NCBI RefSeq assembly: GCF_006345805.1
Contig: NC_043001.1
Span: 54,684,001-54,748,000, forward strand
From: Octopus sinensis
Taxonomy: Eukaryota
Direction of reading: 5' to 3'
Length of the DNA stretch: 64,000 bases
Shown here: positions 38,018-52,841 of the stretch, piece after piece
How the letters are laid out: each line of letters begins with the position of its first letter
Position numbering within the stretch: the first letter of the stretch is position 1
Program-made: the position numbers and the translations under genes
The notes under the pieces: model-generated
Seen by the model: the letters and a program-made list of their open reading frames with translations, nothing else
What the model was told of the DNA's origin: nothing
Database searches by the model: none

Positions 38018-38225
38018 TTGGGTTGTCTGGAAAGTTCGTGCCGATTTTTAAAAGAAAGAAAAAGGTCAATAAATATTTGCCATTACATTTTTAATCAACC
38101 AAATATGAACCATTTTGTTGCACTATGCATCTCCATCTTTCCTTTAACTTGAAAATACCCTCTTCCCAGAATTGAGGTGGTTTCATGGCAAAGAATTCAT
38201 CAAGGTATCTTTTTATGTCATCTAA
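38018..38225 (-). mobile_element. Mariner 3' end (TIR plus transposase C-terminus)
   Basis: TA|TTGGGTTGTCTGGAAAGTTCG TIR; minus strand LDDIKRYLDEFFAMKPPQFWEEGIFKLKERWRCIVQQNGSYLVD*. Confidence 0.85.
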
Positions 38226-38566
38226 GGAATTGTAAATATTTTTTACATATATTTATTTGTATGGGCTTACCTGCATTCTGCTGTCATTCTAACCCTACCC
38301 TTTACATATCTGCCAATACTACCTCATACACGTCCACCTACCCACTTACCTACCTAATTACACGGCTGCACCCATATATGCATATTATGCAAGTATTAAC
38401 AGTAGTATTGAAGTTCTCTTATCTACTATGTATATTTTCTATTCAATATTGGTAATGTCTTGTTTTATGAGGACATTCTCAAATATTTTTCTATGTGATA
38501 GGGACTTTTCCGCACCTCCTTGTGCACATATATGCATGTTTATGTGTCTGTATACATACATACATA

Positions 38567-38608
<42 letters not shown>

Positions 38609-40604
38609 CACACAACGTAGGCATGTTGCCTTGTGTTTGAGATATTTGGCTCATAATCATGCATAATGACGAAGTGGTGCAAAGCAACATATGACCACCA
38701 TCACCACCACAACAGTAACACCACCCCAACACACACCTCCACCACTAGTACTACCCTCTCCTGGAACCACAACACTCATGCTACTATAACAATATCACTG
38801 CTTACTCTCACTGCCACATCCACCGCCACTCACATTATCACTGCCCCTTCACCACTATTGCCACTACTGTTGCAATAACCATCTTATGTTACTCTTTGGA
38901 CAGTTTATTATTATCTATTTTTTTGTCTTATATTTATTTTCAAATTTCTTTTCATGTGTGTGTGAAACTGAGACCATCACATGTATGTACATGTGTGTAT
39001 GTCTATGTCTCTCTTTCTCTCTCTCTCCCTCTATATATATGTGTGTGTGTGTATATATATGTGTCTGTATATATGTATGTGTATACATGTGTTTGTGTGT
39101 GTGTCTACCCATCTGTCTTCTCTCCTAGACAACATACTTGTTTAGAGACTTATCAGATCTTTCTTTGAAATATCTTCTGTCCCGTTTAACATGTGATGAT
39201 GGGGGGATAGCGTGGAACTTGTGCTGATGTTGCTGTTCTTCAGCCCATCATGCAACCAGCAGTGAGCAGACGTGATCAAATGAGTTTCGCACATGGCAGT
39301 TCATCCTTTGGGATAATTACATATTTGGTTCTACATGATTTAATGTCTTCTCTTCTTTCCAAGACAATCTCGTGTAATTGTGGAAGATTTTGCTGTTATT
39401 TCTGACATGTCAGGAGACCAGCTAGAGTTTCTATGAGTTTCTTTTGTTCAGTTGAGGTAACTTTTTTAGTTTTAATGCTTGTTGTGTAGCCTCAAATTTA
39501 TCACAGTTGAGCAAACTTATGATTGAAAGCTTTTCATCCCTGACCATTCCATCTTCTTAAGGACGTTAACTAATTTGTATATAATTTATTTACATGGTAA
39601 ATAAGTTATCGACTGCTATTTCTAGTGGACCAAGCACCGTCCACCTAGAGGCTCTCTCCTTGGCATGCTGATGTCTTTGATTCACTACAAGCACTAACAT
39701 TTTAGAGTTAACTCCCTTTAACTTACATTTTTTTCTAATGTATTAAATTTCTTCAAATGTTTGTATCTGAATTCTCCAGACAGCAAAATAAGTCAAAATT
39801 ATATTTACCTTACCCTTTTTCTTTATCATCATAAAATTATTTATCAGTCTTTCTCAGAATTTTTTAAATATTTTATATTTCTTTATTTTCTCAGCTTCAA
39901 CTCAACACAATTTCTGGATCCACCTTCTCTAGTAGCCTGTCTTTTTCAATTCTCCAGAATTATAATTTGTTTTTTCTCACATACTCGCTCTCTAGTTTCT
40001 CCTTTCCTAACCATGTATTCATTTCTTGTGTTAACATCTAACAGTTCACATTAAACCTAAGCTGTCCTCACACTCCCCATCCTCTAAACCTCAAAACCTC
40101 ATGTGAAGACATCATACATGTAAGAGGATAGCTTGGCTAGGATAAAAATAGGCCTGTGACCAGCCTATCTTTTTTCCAGGATACATTATTTAATGTGTTC
40201 TTTTTTCAAGAAAAAGAAGACATTTGAATGTAATTTAAGAGCAGTACCTATATTAGAAATTGCTGTTTCTAATAGATATGCAGCAACTTTTTATGTTGTT
40301 GCATACTTTGAAGAATATATTTTTATATAGGCTTGAGCATAGCAAAGCACTAATGATTAATCAACCTGTATCACCAGAGCTTTAGTAATAATTTCTCCTG
40401 TTCATGCAAAGTCACACAGTTATTGATTAGTAGTTACAGTTCACTGAGCTGACTCTGGAGGAATGTTGTCGTAGGTTCACAACAGCATTTGAGAATAGAA
40501 TGTAGAGGAGTAAAGCAAAAGTTTCTGAGCTATTTAGTTGAACACTTAACTACTCAGCACCTTTTCAACAACAACAACAGCAGCAACAACAACAGCAGTA
40601 GTAG

Positions 40605-40805
40605 CAGGCCTGAAATTTTGGGTAGGTGGGCTAGTTCATTACATTGACCCCAATACTTGAATTGTGTTTATCTTATTGACCCCAAAAGAATGAAAGGCAA
40701 TGTTGAAACTATAGCAGAAACTATACCTTGACAGAATTTGAACTTGGAATGTAAAGATGGACGAAATGCTACTAAGCATTTTGCCTGACATGTTAGCTTG
40801 CTGCT

Positions 40806-40838
<33 letters not shown>

Positions 40839-40930
40839 TTCAAATGCAAGGCCTGTGGTTTTGAGGACAAATACATTGATTCCATTACTTGATTGATACT
40901 TAATTTTGAGGACCCCAGAGGAGTGAAAAG
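40605..40930 (-). mobile_element. Two tandem family-C SINE remnants separated by (AAT)n
   Basis: Reverse complements of the 63314 family. Confidence 0.65.
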
Positions 40931-41216
40931 AAAGCAAAGTTGTTCTTAGAATGGAAAGAGCCACAGCAATTACCACAAGGCATTTTGTTTGATACTCTTA
41001 GCAACTTACCAATCCAATTTCTAACATTGGTTGATAGTTATAGATGTTTGGGCAGTGAGGGTGAATATGATTTAGTCAACTCTCATGCATTATCAGTATT
41101 TAATTTTACAATCCTTGAAGAATGTTAGGCAAAACTGACTTTGGTAGAGATTGAGTTCACAACATAAGGAGATATAATTAAATACTGCAAATGCATTTAT
41201 TGATTGACACACCAAG

Positions 41217-41543
41217 CTACATGTCTACAAAACGTTCTGCTAGTCCATTCGATCTCGGATGGTATGGCGGAGTAGTAATATGCTCCATTGCATGCATTTT
41301 ACAAAAGGTTTTAAATTCCTTTGACATGAACTGTGTTCTGTTATCAGACACTATAGTGTCTGAGACACCATATTGTGCAAAAAGTTCGTCCAGAAATTCC
41401 ATCGTTACTATGGTGGTTGGTTTCCTACAGTTACATATTTCCAGCCATTTTGTGTAACTTAATTCATTGAGTTTAAATTTTTCACATTCTCTATTTACAA
41501 TTCTTTGAGGTTTTTCTTCTGGCTTTTTATATTCTGTGTTCAA
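41217..41543 (-). mobile_element. Ty3/Gypsy integrase core fragment
   Basis: DTIVSDNRTQFMSKEFKTFCK...HITTPPYHPRSNGLAERFV, a retroviral-type DDE core; no LTRs seen. Confidence 0.85.
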
Positions 41544-42079
41544 CTTTTGCTGAGGTCAACTTTGGCTTCTATCATCTTTCAGAGTGGGAATAGGTTTGTC
41601 ACTGAAATAAAGCACTAGTCAAATACCAGGGGATCAGTATAATTTACTATACTCTGCCCCCAAACATAAGGCTTTGTGCTTCTGTTAGAAATTGTTGTTG
41701 TTCAGCTTTCAGGCCATCCCTCTTTTTAACAGGATTATGATCAAAAGTATTCCAGTAGCAACTGTCACATCTTTTGTGTATATATATATATAGGACTACT
41801 GTTTGGCAATGTACCCCTTTTTTTAACACAGTAGGGGGGGGGTGTCTGTCAGCTGTGTTTAAAACTTCAAAAAAATGCAGTGTAGAATGTATAATTACTA
41901 AATTATATGTTTATCTTTCAAATGAGAGATGGAATTGAGAAAATGTGTGTTATTTATAAAATTTGCTTGTTGACAGATTTGTAGGAAAATGCCAAAACTC
42001 TTGGCCATTTACTGTGCTTGAGAAGATATGTCTAGCTTAGTGAACTAGTAGTTATGGCCAGTGCAAGTAACACGTGAGA

Positions 42080-42310
42080 GGTGTCCATGACATGAAAATG
42101 GTACCCATGCCAGTGACATGTAAAAGACACCCATGTCACTGACATGTTAAAGGCACCCGGTACATTCTGTACAGTGGTTAGCTTTAGAAACCAACCCAAA
42201 ACAGACTGTAGCCTGGTGCAGCTCTCTGGCTTGCCTGTTCCAGTCAAACTGTCTAACCCATGCTTGCATAGTAAAAGGACACTAAATGATGATGATGATG
42301 ATGATGATAA
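42080..42310 (+). mobile_element. RTE 3'-tail copy (truncated LINE or RTE-dependent SINE)
   Basis: Shares the 3' end of 34000-34431 and ends in (GAT)n. Similar copies at about 43905-44070(-), 47000-47190(+), 48270-48400(-) and 50840-51000(+). Confidence 0.7.
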
Positions 42311-43824
42311 AAGTGAGTACTTAAAAATAACTGCATTTGGAATTTGAAGGAATTTGAATGCTATGTGATTTATAACATGTGGAGCAAAGCATTTTGTCTT
42401 CCTTGTTACTCCAGCACCTTGCTGTTTTTGCCAATGAATAATGTGTGTTAGGTTATATTAATAAAACTAGCCTGCTGATTGTTACTAAAATGTGTTTACT
42501 TACTTAGTAATATTTGTCCTTGGTTCTGTCTCTTAAGCCAGAACAACAAATTCTCCAATGTCAGACCTGGGTGAGTGAGGCTGTCTTAATTTACTATAAC
42601 TTATTTATTCGTAGAGAATTATTTAGTTTTTGTTTTTTAAAACACGTATCTGACACTCACATCCACTCACAAGGTGCCGTATTATATTCTACAAAAGTAC
42701 TAACTATTGCAGTTTACTTATTTCTTTTTACTTCTTCCTTTTTTTTTTATCACATGCTAGGCCTTCTACATCATCTTATAAAAGCAGTTTCTTCTCAATT
42801 AGCCAACCACAAGGTAAATATATTCTTTGGTGTTGTGGTTGTTAATTGATTGGTTCTTTCTTTCTCTTTCTTCCCTCCCTCCCCATCCTTGCTGTGAGCA
42901 AATCGGCATCTTACACTACTCGACTTTCACATCTAACTCATGGAGAACTGTTACTTAATGTGAAATCAGAATTGTTGTTTTGAAGAAAATTCCAAGCCTG
43001 ACTTTGAAATATACATTATTCTTTTCCAAATGAAGTGCAAAAGGTACAAAATACAGTTGTGCTTGAGGTTTCATTCCAGATCAGCTTTCATCAAGGAGGC
43101 ATAAATTAAAGGTACTTCCAACCATGACCATTCTGTTCCTTCTGGAAGATCTAGGCCTACATTGTTGTCTTCCCCTCTTTTTTCAGATGGCAGGATGTGA
43201 TTTCAGTAGATTTGACTGCTATTTCTAGTTGATTGAATAACCATATAGAGGCTCTCTTGTTGGCTCAGGAAAATTTCATTGGTCTATTAAGTTGGTGAGA
43301 CAGCAGTAATGGCTTGTAGTCAAGCTGTAACTGGACCCTCTCCCTTTTTAGGTGTATTTAGGGCTATATACATTTCCCCCATTTTTAGAAGGTAGTGTAT
43401 GAGTTTTGGCTGCTGTTTCTTGCAGGTTGAGCTCCTACATAGAAGTGCTATCATCTGGTCAAAAAAAAATTCAAAGACCTAAGCTGGGGCAGTGGCTTGA
43501 TACTCGTGTTAGCTACAAGGAACAATAGAGGTAACCTACTTTTTCTGAGAAGAAACATGATTATTAAGATATTTATTGTTGTAATAAACAAGATATGTGA
43601 AACACCTGTCTTCCTCCTGTTAAGTCTTCAATTAACTTATTATATACACATTGTACAAGTCAACTATAAAATTTTCGAGTGACTTGCATTAATTTCTAGT
43701 TTATCTGACAGTGAACTGGAATTGGATCACTGCTGTTGTGATATTTCTTCTTCTGTATATGTATGTACACACACAAAACACATACATCTGATATATTCTT
43801 GTATATATGTGTGTAGTAATATAC

Positions 43825-43874
<50 letters not shown>

Positions 43875-44444
43875 TTGTGGATGTATATATTGTGCATGTA
43901 TATCATTATCATCGTTTAATGTCCGTTTTCCATGCTGGCATGGGTTAGATAGTTTGACTGGGGTTTGGGAAGCCAAGAGGCTGCACCAGGCCCCAGTCTG
44001 ATCTGGCAGTGTTTCTACAGCATGATGCCCTTCCTAATGCCAACCACTCTGAGAGTGTAGTGGGTGCTTTTTACATTGAATGCGCTCGAAAAGATTTTTG
44101 TAATGGTATTCCCTTGGGGCAATCTTTTATTTTGACTCTCAGAACTGTCATCCGGATCAGCTGATTTTGTTTGTTAATTTCTGTAACAGTTTTTTATTTA
44201 TTTGCTTTTGTTATAAAGTGAAAGAGAGGAGAAAGTGAAAGATGTATGTACGTGTATATGAAATGGACATGTATGTGAGAGAAAGAGAGACAGAGAGTGC
44301 CACATACACATACATGATAGCACACACATGTTCACTCACTCACACTCTCTCATGTAATATATATATATACATATTATATACACACACACATTACATATTT
44401 TGCAAATGTATATATGTGCGCTTGTGTGTGTATGTGTGTATATA

Positions 44445-44836
44445 TCTTTATATATAAAAGTGAAGTTGTGTGTCTGTCTCCTACGATTTAGATTCCTAAC
44501 TACTCCCACATTTTGCCGTGCAGTTTAACCAAAACCGGGTATCTTATAGTCGTGATTCATATCGAGCCCTTCTGGGTATTAGCGCACGTCTACGATGAGT
44601 CTACGATTTAAAAAAAAATTTACATCAATTTTTTTCCATTTTTAATGCATTTTTGGCATATATAAGGGAAGTAACTCTCTAAAAATTTATTATTAAATCT
44701 CAGAACGTAAAAAGCTACAGTAACACCCCACTTTGTGGTTAGCCATATTGAGATGGCTATTATACTTTACATCTCTAAAAATGCTTATATAGTTATTTCC
44801 CTTACAAACCCGAGCAATGCCGGGCGATACTGCTAG
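44445..44836 (+). mobile_element. Non-autonomous Helitron
   Basis: A|TCTTTATATATAAAAGTG... 5' end; subterminal hairpin CCCGAGCAATGCCGGG; 3' CTAG|T; AT target with no TSD. An internal fragment recurs at about 1280-1335. Confidence 0.85.
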
Positions 44837-45143
44837 TCATCATCATCATTTAGCGTCCGTTTTCCATGCTAGCATGGGTTGGACCCATAAATTTTCAGAA
44901 TGAGAAAAAAATCCAAGGCTGTGAAAGATTTTAGAACATTTAAATGTTGTAAAATCTTTCACATCCTTGGATTTTTATCTCATTCTGAAAATTTTTTTAT
45001 ATATACACATGCTGATATATGACCTACGTTGGACTCCTTATTCACATAATCACAGAACCTGGAGCTGAACTATAGTCTGTCCATAACACTTACTCAGCAT
45101 TATCAGACACCTTTGGGTCTTATTGACACCATTACCTCTCATA

Positions 45144-45235
<92 letters not shown>

Positions 45236-46765
45236 CATAAAATTGACAATGACTTACTAATTCTGTTGAAAAGAATACCTAATTTCCAACTAGTATAATT
45301 GTTATATATTAACTATACAAATAACTGTTACTATATACTAGCATCTTTGATCTATATTTGAAAAATTTGTGTAACTTTATTGATTAAAAAGCTGATAGTC
45401 TCTTTAGTAAGAAATTATAGAATTCATTAATACACAAGTTGAAGCTTATATGAGGAGAGAAAATGTTGACACCCGTATACATTGATGATAATGTCATGCA
45501 CTATATTATCAAAGTTAGGTCTTAGACATATTTAACCTGGATTATCATATTTTGAAATGACATGAGATATTTTATATTCATCAACTAGTAAGGACAGAGA
45601 TCTTGTAAGGATTTGTAGCAAGTTATATAAGATCCTACTGAACATCTGCTGTCAACTGATGTGGGAGTGTTTACTGATAAAGCTTAGTAAGGCTGAAACA
45701 TCACCGTAGTTGTCATAGTACTGCTGAAGGTCAGGCTCATGCCCATAGCATCCCATATTTAATTGATTTTTTGATAAAAATTAAGATTTCAAGTTGTCAT
45801 TTATTTAATTTATTTTTTTACTTTATTACGTATGTCAGCACTCACTTTATTATGATGTAATTTTAACTTCCCAGAACACTCATATGTATCATATACAGAG
45901 AAAGGGTGTTGACAAAATAGATTGGGCTTAATTTCCCATCACATTTATTGATATCTTGTCTTAGTGAACACTACAGAGGACAGCTATAATATTTGTATCA
46001 ATACTTTGCATTCATTTTGTATAGGACTAAATCTCCTTGTTCAAGACATTAATAGTCAATGAGTTTGCTAAATATAAATTATGTTTTCTTTGGAAACCTA
46101 GTGATAATTTTTTTCTTTTTTATCAACGTTATGAGTAATATGTGCTTAAAATACTGTTTGTGATAGTTGACTACTGAAGTTATAGTTCATTATTTTGTAC
46201 AAATGTTGATCTTTGCTCCTTCTAACAATGAATTTATTACCATTGTTGTGTTAAAACTGGTAAATTGAACCAAACGTTTTTCCAAATTAGAATGCAAGAG
46301 ATTGTTTTAAAAAAAGAGCCTAGAAACAAAAGTACAACTGAATATAATTTACTTACACAAAGTACAGCGAAACTGCTACTTAAGAAAGAAGAGTAACTGG
46401 TAATTAGAAATGGCAATAAATATATCCTCATACACAGTTCCTTCGTGATTTCTCATTATGCTTGTGGCCATTCCAAGTACTAAAAACTTCTGTTGTATAA
46501 TACTTTGATGGAATATTAATTTACATTTAATCTACTTAGAAGTGATATGGTCATGAATTCAATTAACAATATATTCAAAAGCTAGTGTTTTGTTTTGTGA
46601 ACTAGATTTTCACTCATTTACAACATTTTTGTCTGCTTTTTTTTTTTTACAATATTTAAGATTACTTTCAAGGGTACAACTGTAATGTTATCTTGTAGTT
46701 TCAATTCCACTTTTTCAATGTGTTATCACAACACACACACACTCTCTCTCACACACACACAAACA

Positions 46766-46827
<62 letters not shown>

Positions 46828-47414
46828 AATGAAGATGATCATTGCTATTTTGCATTGCTACCATGCTAAAATGCACTTGCTGTACACAGTTAAGTGGTTG
46901 GCAGATGAATGACGACAGAGAGTTAAGAGGGGCCCTCTAGTCTTGACAAGTTATGACACTTTCCTAAGTGCTGGTGCCATGATAAAATGCACCCAGTACA
47001 TTCTGTAAAGTAGTGGGTCAAAGGAAGGGCATCTAGTTATGGAAACCAAACCAAAAATGAAACTTATTAGTAAATGGTGACTATCTAGTTCATTTAGATT
47101 GGCAGTAATTCCCAGTAAGAACTGATTTGAAACTTGGCAAACTGTTCAACCCATGACAGCATGGAAAATTGATATAAAATGATGATGGTATATTTAAGAA
47201 CTGGAGTAATGTAATGCTTACAGTTTCTGCTCCAAGAAGCAGGGCACTCAGTGCTGAATAGTTGTACAACTTCTTATGGCTTCTTTGGGGCCATTTAAAT
47301 GAAACGTATGTTTATTGCTGAAATATCAAAATACATGCAGTTGGTTACATGCTGAACTATATAATACAGTAGGAGGGTGAAAAAGCCTGCTCTCAGACTA
47401 AGATCTGTTTTTTT

Positions 47415-47628
47415 TTTTACATGTTTCAGTCATTTGATTGTGGCTATGCTGGAGCACTGCCTTTAGTTGAACAAATCAAACCCAGGACTTGTTTTTGTTA
47501 AACATAGTACTTATTCTATCAGTTTATTTTGTTGAACTGCCAAGTTTCAGGGACATAAACACACCGATGTTGGTTGTCAAGCAATGGTGGTGGGGACAAA
47601 CACAGACACAAAGCCTCAAACACATAAA

Positions 47629-47682
<54 letters not shown>

Positions 47683-47846
47683 TGAAGGACTTCTTTCAGT
47701 TTCCATCTATCAAATCCACTCACAAGGCTTTGGTTGGCCCAAGGCTATAGTAGGTGACACTTGTTCAAGGAGCCACGCAGTGGGACTGAACATGGAACCA
47801 TGTGGTTGGGAAGAAAGCTTCTGACTACACAGCAGTCCCTGCGCCT
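47415..47846 (-). mobile_element. tRNA-derived SINE, family A
   Basis: Reverse-complement copy. Confidence 0.8.
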
Positions 47847-48968
47847 ATGTATATATGTTTCTAAACCATAATAAATGTACACGCACATGTATATACCTGT
47901 ATGGAGTAACTACAGTCTCCACATATCTGCACACTTGTATCATCAAACCTGCACACGTTTAGAGACATATAGGTCCAGGGATATGTATTTATATATGTAT
48001 CTACAAACACATTTGTGTATAGATGCACACATACATAGATATACAGATGTTCATATACATATGTATTCATACAGCTACATAATAAATACACATGTATACA
48101 TGCTTAGAGATATACATACAAGTATACATAAATACACATATTTGCACATGTATAAATTAAACACTTGGACATATGGACATACCATTTGATTAACTCAGGC
48201 ATATATAAAAGTATGGGGACACACATACACTAATGGATATATGTAAAAGAAAGTCCCACCTATATATATAATCATCATCATCATCATTTAACGTCCATTT
48301 TCCATGCTGGCATGGGTTAGATGGTTTGATTGAAAACTGGTAAATTTAGGAGCTGCACCAGGTTCCAATCTGATTTAGCATGGTTTTTATGGCTGTATCC
48401 CTTACTACCCACTAAAAGACCTTTATTTGTCTTATGATGACTTTTGTATAGATAAGATAAAGATAATTTAGCCGAAATTAAGAAACTAAGTCAAGTCTAT
48501 ATATATAGTTTTGTTATTTCCTTAATTTATGTTAAATTATCTCAATCTCATATGCACAAAGGCCATCACAAAACACACACACAAAGTAAAGCTTTTCTTG
48601 GGATGATAAATATATGTATGTATGTATATATATATATATATAGTTGGTGGCTTATCTACATTTGTCTATAAGTTTATCAGTATCTCCATACTGTTACATC
48701 TGAGTTGATCTAGTTGTGTGAATGTCCAGCTGTCTAATTTATATATTTGTACCCATATGTGTCCTGAAATGGACTGGTGTCCCATTCACAGGGGAAAGTT
48801 GTGATTTGGTCCCATAAAAGTATGTATGTATATATATAACATATTTTTGTACCTCTACGTATGTCACTATACATGTATGCAGGTGTAAGGACACGTGTAT
48901 ATATGTGGGTGTCTGTTTTCATTTCTTGGTATGTATATATACAGGTGTGTGCATTTATTCTGGTTTTA

Positions 48969-49190
48969 CCCTTTAGCATTTAAACCAGCCACATCCATCC
49001 CAAATATTCTACCTACTTTAAATGTTCAAACCAGCCAAATCCAGTCTCTCACACCTTCCCTACAATGTCATTCTAAAAATATGCAGTCTTGTCATTGAAA
49101 TCTCATAGCTATGAGACAATGCATGATGAACTTAAAACAATGTGAATAGAAAAGCATTACATTTGACAGAATAATCTGAGTGCTAAAGGG
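48969..49190. mobile_element. piggyBac-type MITE (same family as 20179)
   Basis: ttta|CCCTTTAGCATT ... AGTGCTAAAGGG|ttaa. Confidence 0.75.
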
Positions 49191-50067
49191 TTAAAATATA
49201 TTTATATCTGTGTGGGGTTTATCACCCTCAAACTGTATTATGTATAGCTTTGCACATAATCAACTCTATGTATTTAAATGCTTTCGGCAATCAGCATATA
49301 TCACCACCACTTCCCCTCCCTTCCCTCTTCTCTTTAGTTAAAAAAAATTGCACATTTCACTCACTACGACATTCCCTCCCTCTCCTTTCAACTAATCATG
49401 TGGAAGTATTACGGACAGGCTAAGTAATGGAGTGACAAGTAAAATTATTATAAGATATTATACTCTGTACTCACTTGGTGCTTTTACCCTAAGGCAACAT
49501 ATATTGAGTTCTAACTGCTTATTAGTATCACTATGCCTAAGTGAAATCATATCTATCTATCTGTCCATGCATCCACCCATCCAACTGTCTGTTTGTCCTG
49601 CTGTCTGTCTGTCTGTCTGACCCTACCTACCTACACATACACACATCCCTAACTTTTCATTACTAACTGCCAATTTTTTTGCAATTGCTGATAGGTTTCA
49701 ATAAACTTTGAAATTTATTAAAACTATCTTAAGGAGGTTTAGCAAAAGAAACTCACTTAGAATAATGACGGCAGGCTTAAGAGCCCAAAGTCAGCGTGCA
49801 GGAAGTGTATTAGAACAGGTGGTAGTAATGTCGTGAAGGCTGCTATTAGTTTTAACAGCAATAGCAATAATCTCATTTTATGTGTTAACATCAACCTTTA
49901 ACTAACCTTTTTAATCTCTGGTCATTGTCGTTGATTATGACAGTCTTTGTTTGCACATACTCATGTTTCTTTGATTATATCGATTTGACTAGATTAGCTG
50001 ATGATATTCTTTAATTGACTTGCACTGTTTGTACTAGCTTCTGTGTGTGTATGTGTGTATGTGTGTG

Positions 50068-50106
<39 letters not shown>

Positions 50107-51095
50107 GATTATAACCTGCAAAACATGTAATGCATAAATAGTTGGATAAAAGGACAAAAATCACTAGCCATTCCTTTACCCAATTCTTTATCCCAGTTGA
50201 CTGGATGTCTCCATGTGGTTGTTCAATGTGCTAGAAATATCAACCTATTTTTTTTCTTAAAATCATTTTTAAATATGGAAGTTTATGCTAGGTAATGTAA
50301 TCTTAGATACACTTTGCCTAAATAAAAGATGTGATGGTCTCAGATGGAACACTTTTGATGATGGATCTGCTTGATTAATAATGACTTAGGATAGGCTTAA
50401 ACAACAACAAAGGAGGACACATTGCATAATGTATTCTGAGCTACCCTGTCTGAATAAAAGGCAGGATGGTCATAGCTGGAACACATTTGGTCATAAGTCT
50501 GCTTGAACAGGACTGACATCTAGATTTAAACAAAGATGACAAAAACAGACACACTGGATGATGTGCTTCAGGATACACTATGACTGAATGAAGCATGGGA
50601 TTGTCTTGGAATGCATTGACCAATAGGCTGGTTGGTCAGGGATGTCCTATAACCAAATAGTTATATCAACAACAACAACAGCATATATTACATGTCACAG
50701 GTAAAGGAGGTAAATTAAAGTCTGAAAAATGTTGATCACTGACTGCATACTCAACTAATGTGTAAGAAGTTTGTTGGAAGAAACTTGCCTCTCAACACCT
50801 GGTAGGTCATGCACCCCAGTGAAGGGGTCTTGTCTTGTGAGCTACTATGCAACCTTGCTTGTGCTAGTAACATGGAAAGCACCCAGAGCACTTTGTAAAC
50901 ATGCCATTATAGACTTTGGAGCTTGGTACAGCCTTCTGACCTGTTGGATGCTGTCAAAGAATCCAAATTATGCCAGCATGAAATATGGATGTTGAGTGAT
51001 GATGGCCAAAATTGTGATATAAAAACATTTGAGAAAGTTTTTCATTTCAGATTTTGTTCTCATGGTTATCTTGTTTCTCCTATATTCTTGTTTTT

Positions 51096-51180
51096 ATGTA
51101 GTTACATTCTACTTGATCCTTAATATGCAGTTACATTGTACTTGATCCTTAATGCAGTTACATTCTACTTGACCCTTAAT
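51096..51180. repeat. Minisatellite, 3 units of about 28 bp
   Basis: atgcagttacattctacttgatccttaat-like unit repeated three times. Confidence 0.85.
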
Positions 51181-52154
51181 CCTCACTAAGATGTTCTGTT
51201 TTGTTCTGCTCATTAGATACAAACACAAGAGTACTAAGTGTAAGTTATTTGATGTATTGTTGATGAAAGAAAAATGCCTTTGCCAATCTTTTACATAAGC
51301 AAATTTTAAACTGTAGCCTTAAGCAAGGCACTTTTAAATGTTAAGTGCATTGTGTATCAGTTTCTTTTCATACAAGAAATCGTAGGTATAGTTCCTCAAT
51401 AATTGACTGTTTTCACCTCAGTAGAAAGCCATTAAACTGTGGAAATCAGAAAATTTTTTTATTTATTATGAATTGGCTTAAGATTGTATGTGTGTGTGTC
51501 TGTGTTAGTTATATGGAGTAGCTGAATAAAATTTACTTTGTTACTTGTAAAGGAATTATGTTAGAATAGGAGTGGTCAGTCTTTTTTCTTTTTAAACAAA
51601 TTCTTTGAAAATAGTATTAAAATTGGGGTCAAGCTTAATACATTCACACATACATACAATACAAAATTGGTTTGTAGGATAGAAACAGTTAATGTGAGAA
51701 TAGAAGTATATGTGAGTATAGAAAACAAAAGACAGAAAAGGAGTGTAATTCAGATCAAGAAGTGACTTTTCAGGTAAAACAGTATCAGTGGATGGTATCA
51801 GAGAGGGGAGAATGAGTGATGCAGCTAACAGAAAGCTGAGATAGATTTGCATGTTTGTGTACACACACACAGACACAGAGTATTATATGTGCGTGTATAT
51901 ATATATATGCTCGCACACACACACACACGCACATATATATGAAAATCTTTAGTGTGAATCTGATATTCCTTTATTTCATCTGTTACACACGTTTCTGTGT
52001 TTGATAATCAATGACGGCAAATTATTTATGCTCCTTATAAATCACATAATTTGCCATCATCAAATATTGATTACAGAAACATATGTAACAGATGAAACAA
52101 GAATACCATTTCCATGCTTTGTTCTCTAGTAACAGATGTGTTCTTTATATTACA

Positions 52155-52802
52155 CTAGCAGTATAACCCGGCTTTGCCCGGGGTTAAGTTAGGATTATTA
52201 AGCTAATCAAGTTCTTTATTTCAAACCGAAGTAAGTAACATTGACATCAAATTTGGGCAAAATCTGTTGAAATTGGTTTATATACCGTAAATCTTTGAGT
52301 ATAGTCTGCCCTTGAGTATAATACGCAAGGGATTTTTAGGGGGCTGTACTTCTGTAAAACCTAAACCTTGTGTATAATACGCACCCCTTCTCTAACTTGA
52401 GTTGTGCATAATTAAGCCAGCAGCACCTAGTTGAACAAACATTTCCACGCATGCGTAATACAATAATGGTGGTGTTCTTAACTGTTATATGGGAATGTAA
52501 ATATGTTTGCAAATTGTTTTTGTTACATGTTATTCTGTGTTCTGAATACTTTTATTTTAATAAATGTTGCTTACTGCAAGTTATGTATGATCACTTTATA
52601 ACTTCATTGCTTTCAGGCTTAGCTTAAGGTATTTTCGCGCCCGACATCACAAAATGCTCTGACTAAACATTGCTGGACAGCAAATAGAGACTCGGACATT
52701 ACTTAGAAAATATTTTTCATTTTTAACCTCGTATATAGTATGCACTAGGGATATTGACCTTTAAATTTTGGGAAAAAATGCGGATTATACTTGAGGATTC
52801 AT

Positions 52803-52841
<39 letters not shown>

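Noticed and set aside
42527-42576. Possible 33-nt microexon PEQQILQCQTW with GTGAGT donor
   Set aside because: No similarity to an HMA continuation; such site pairs are common by chance.
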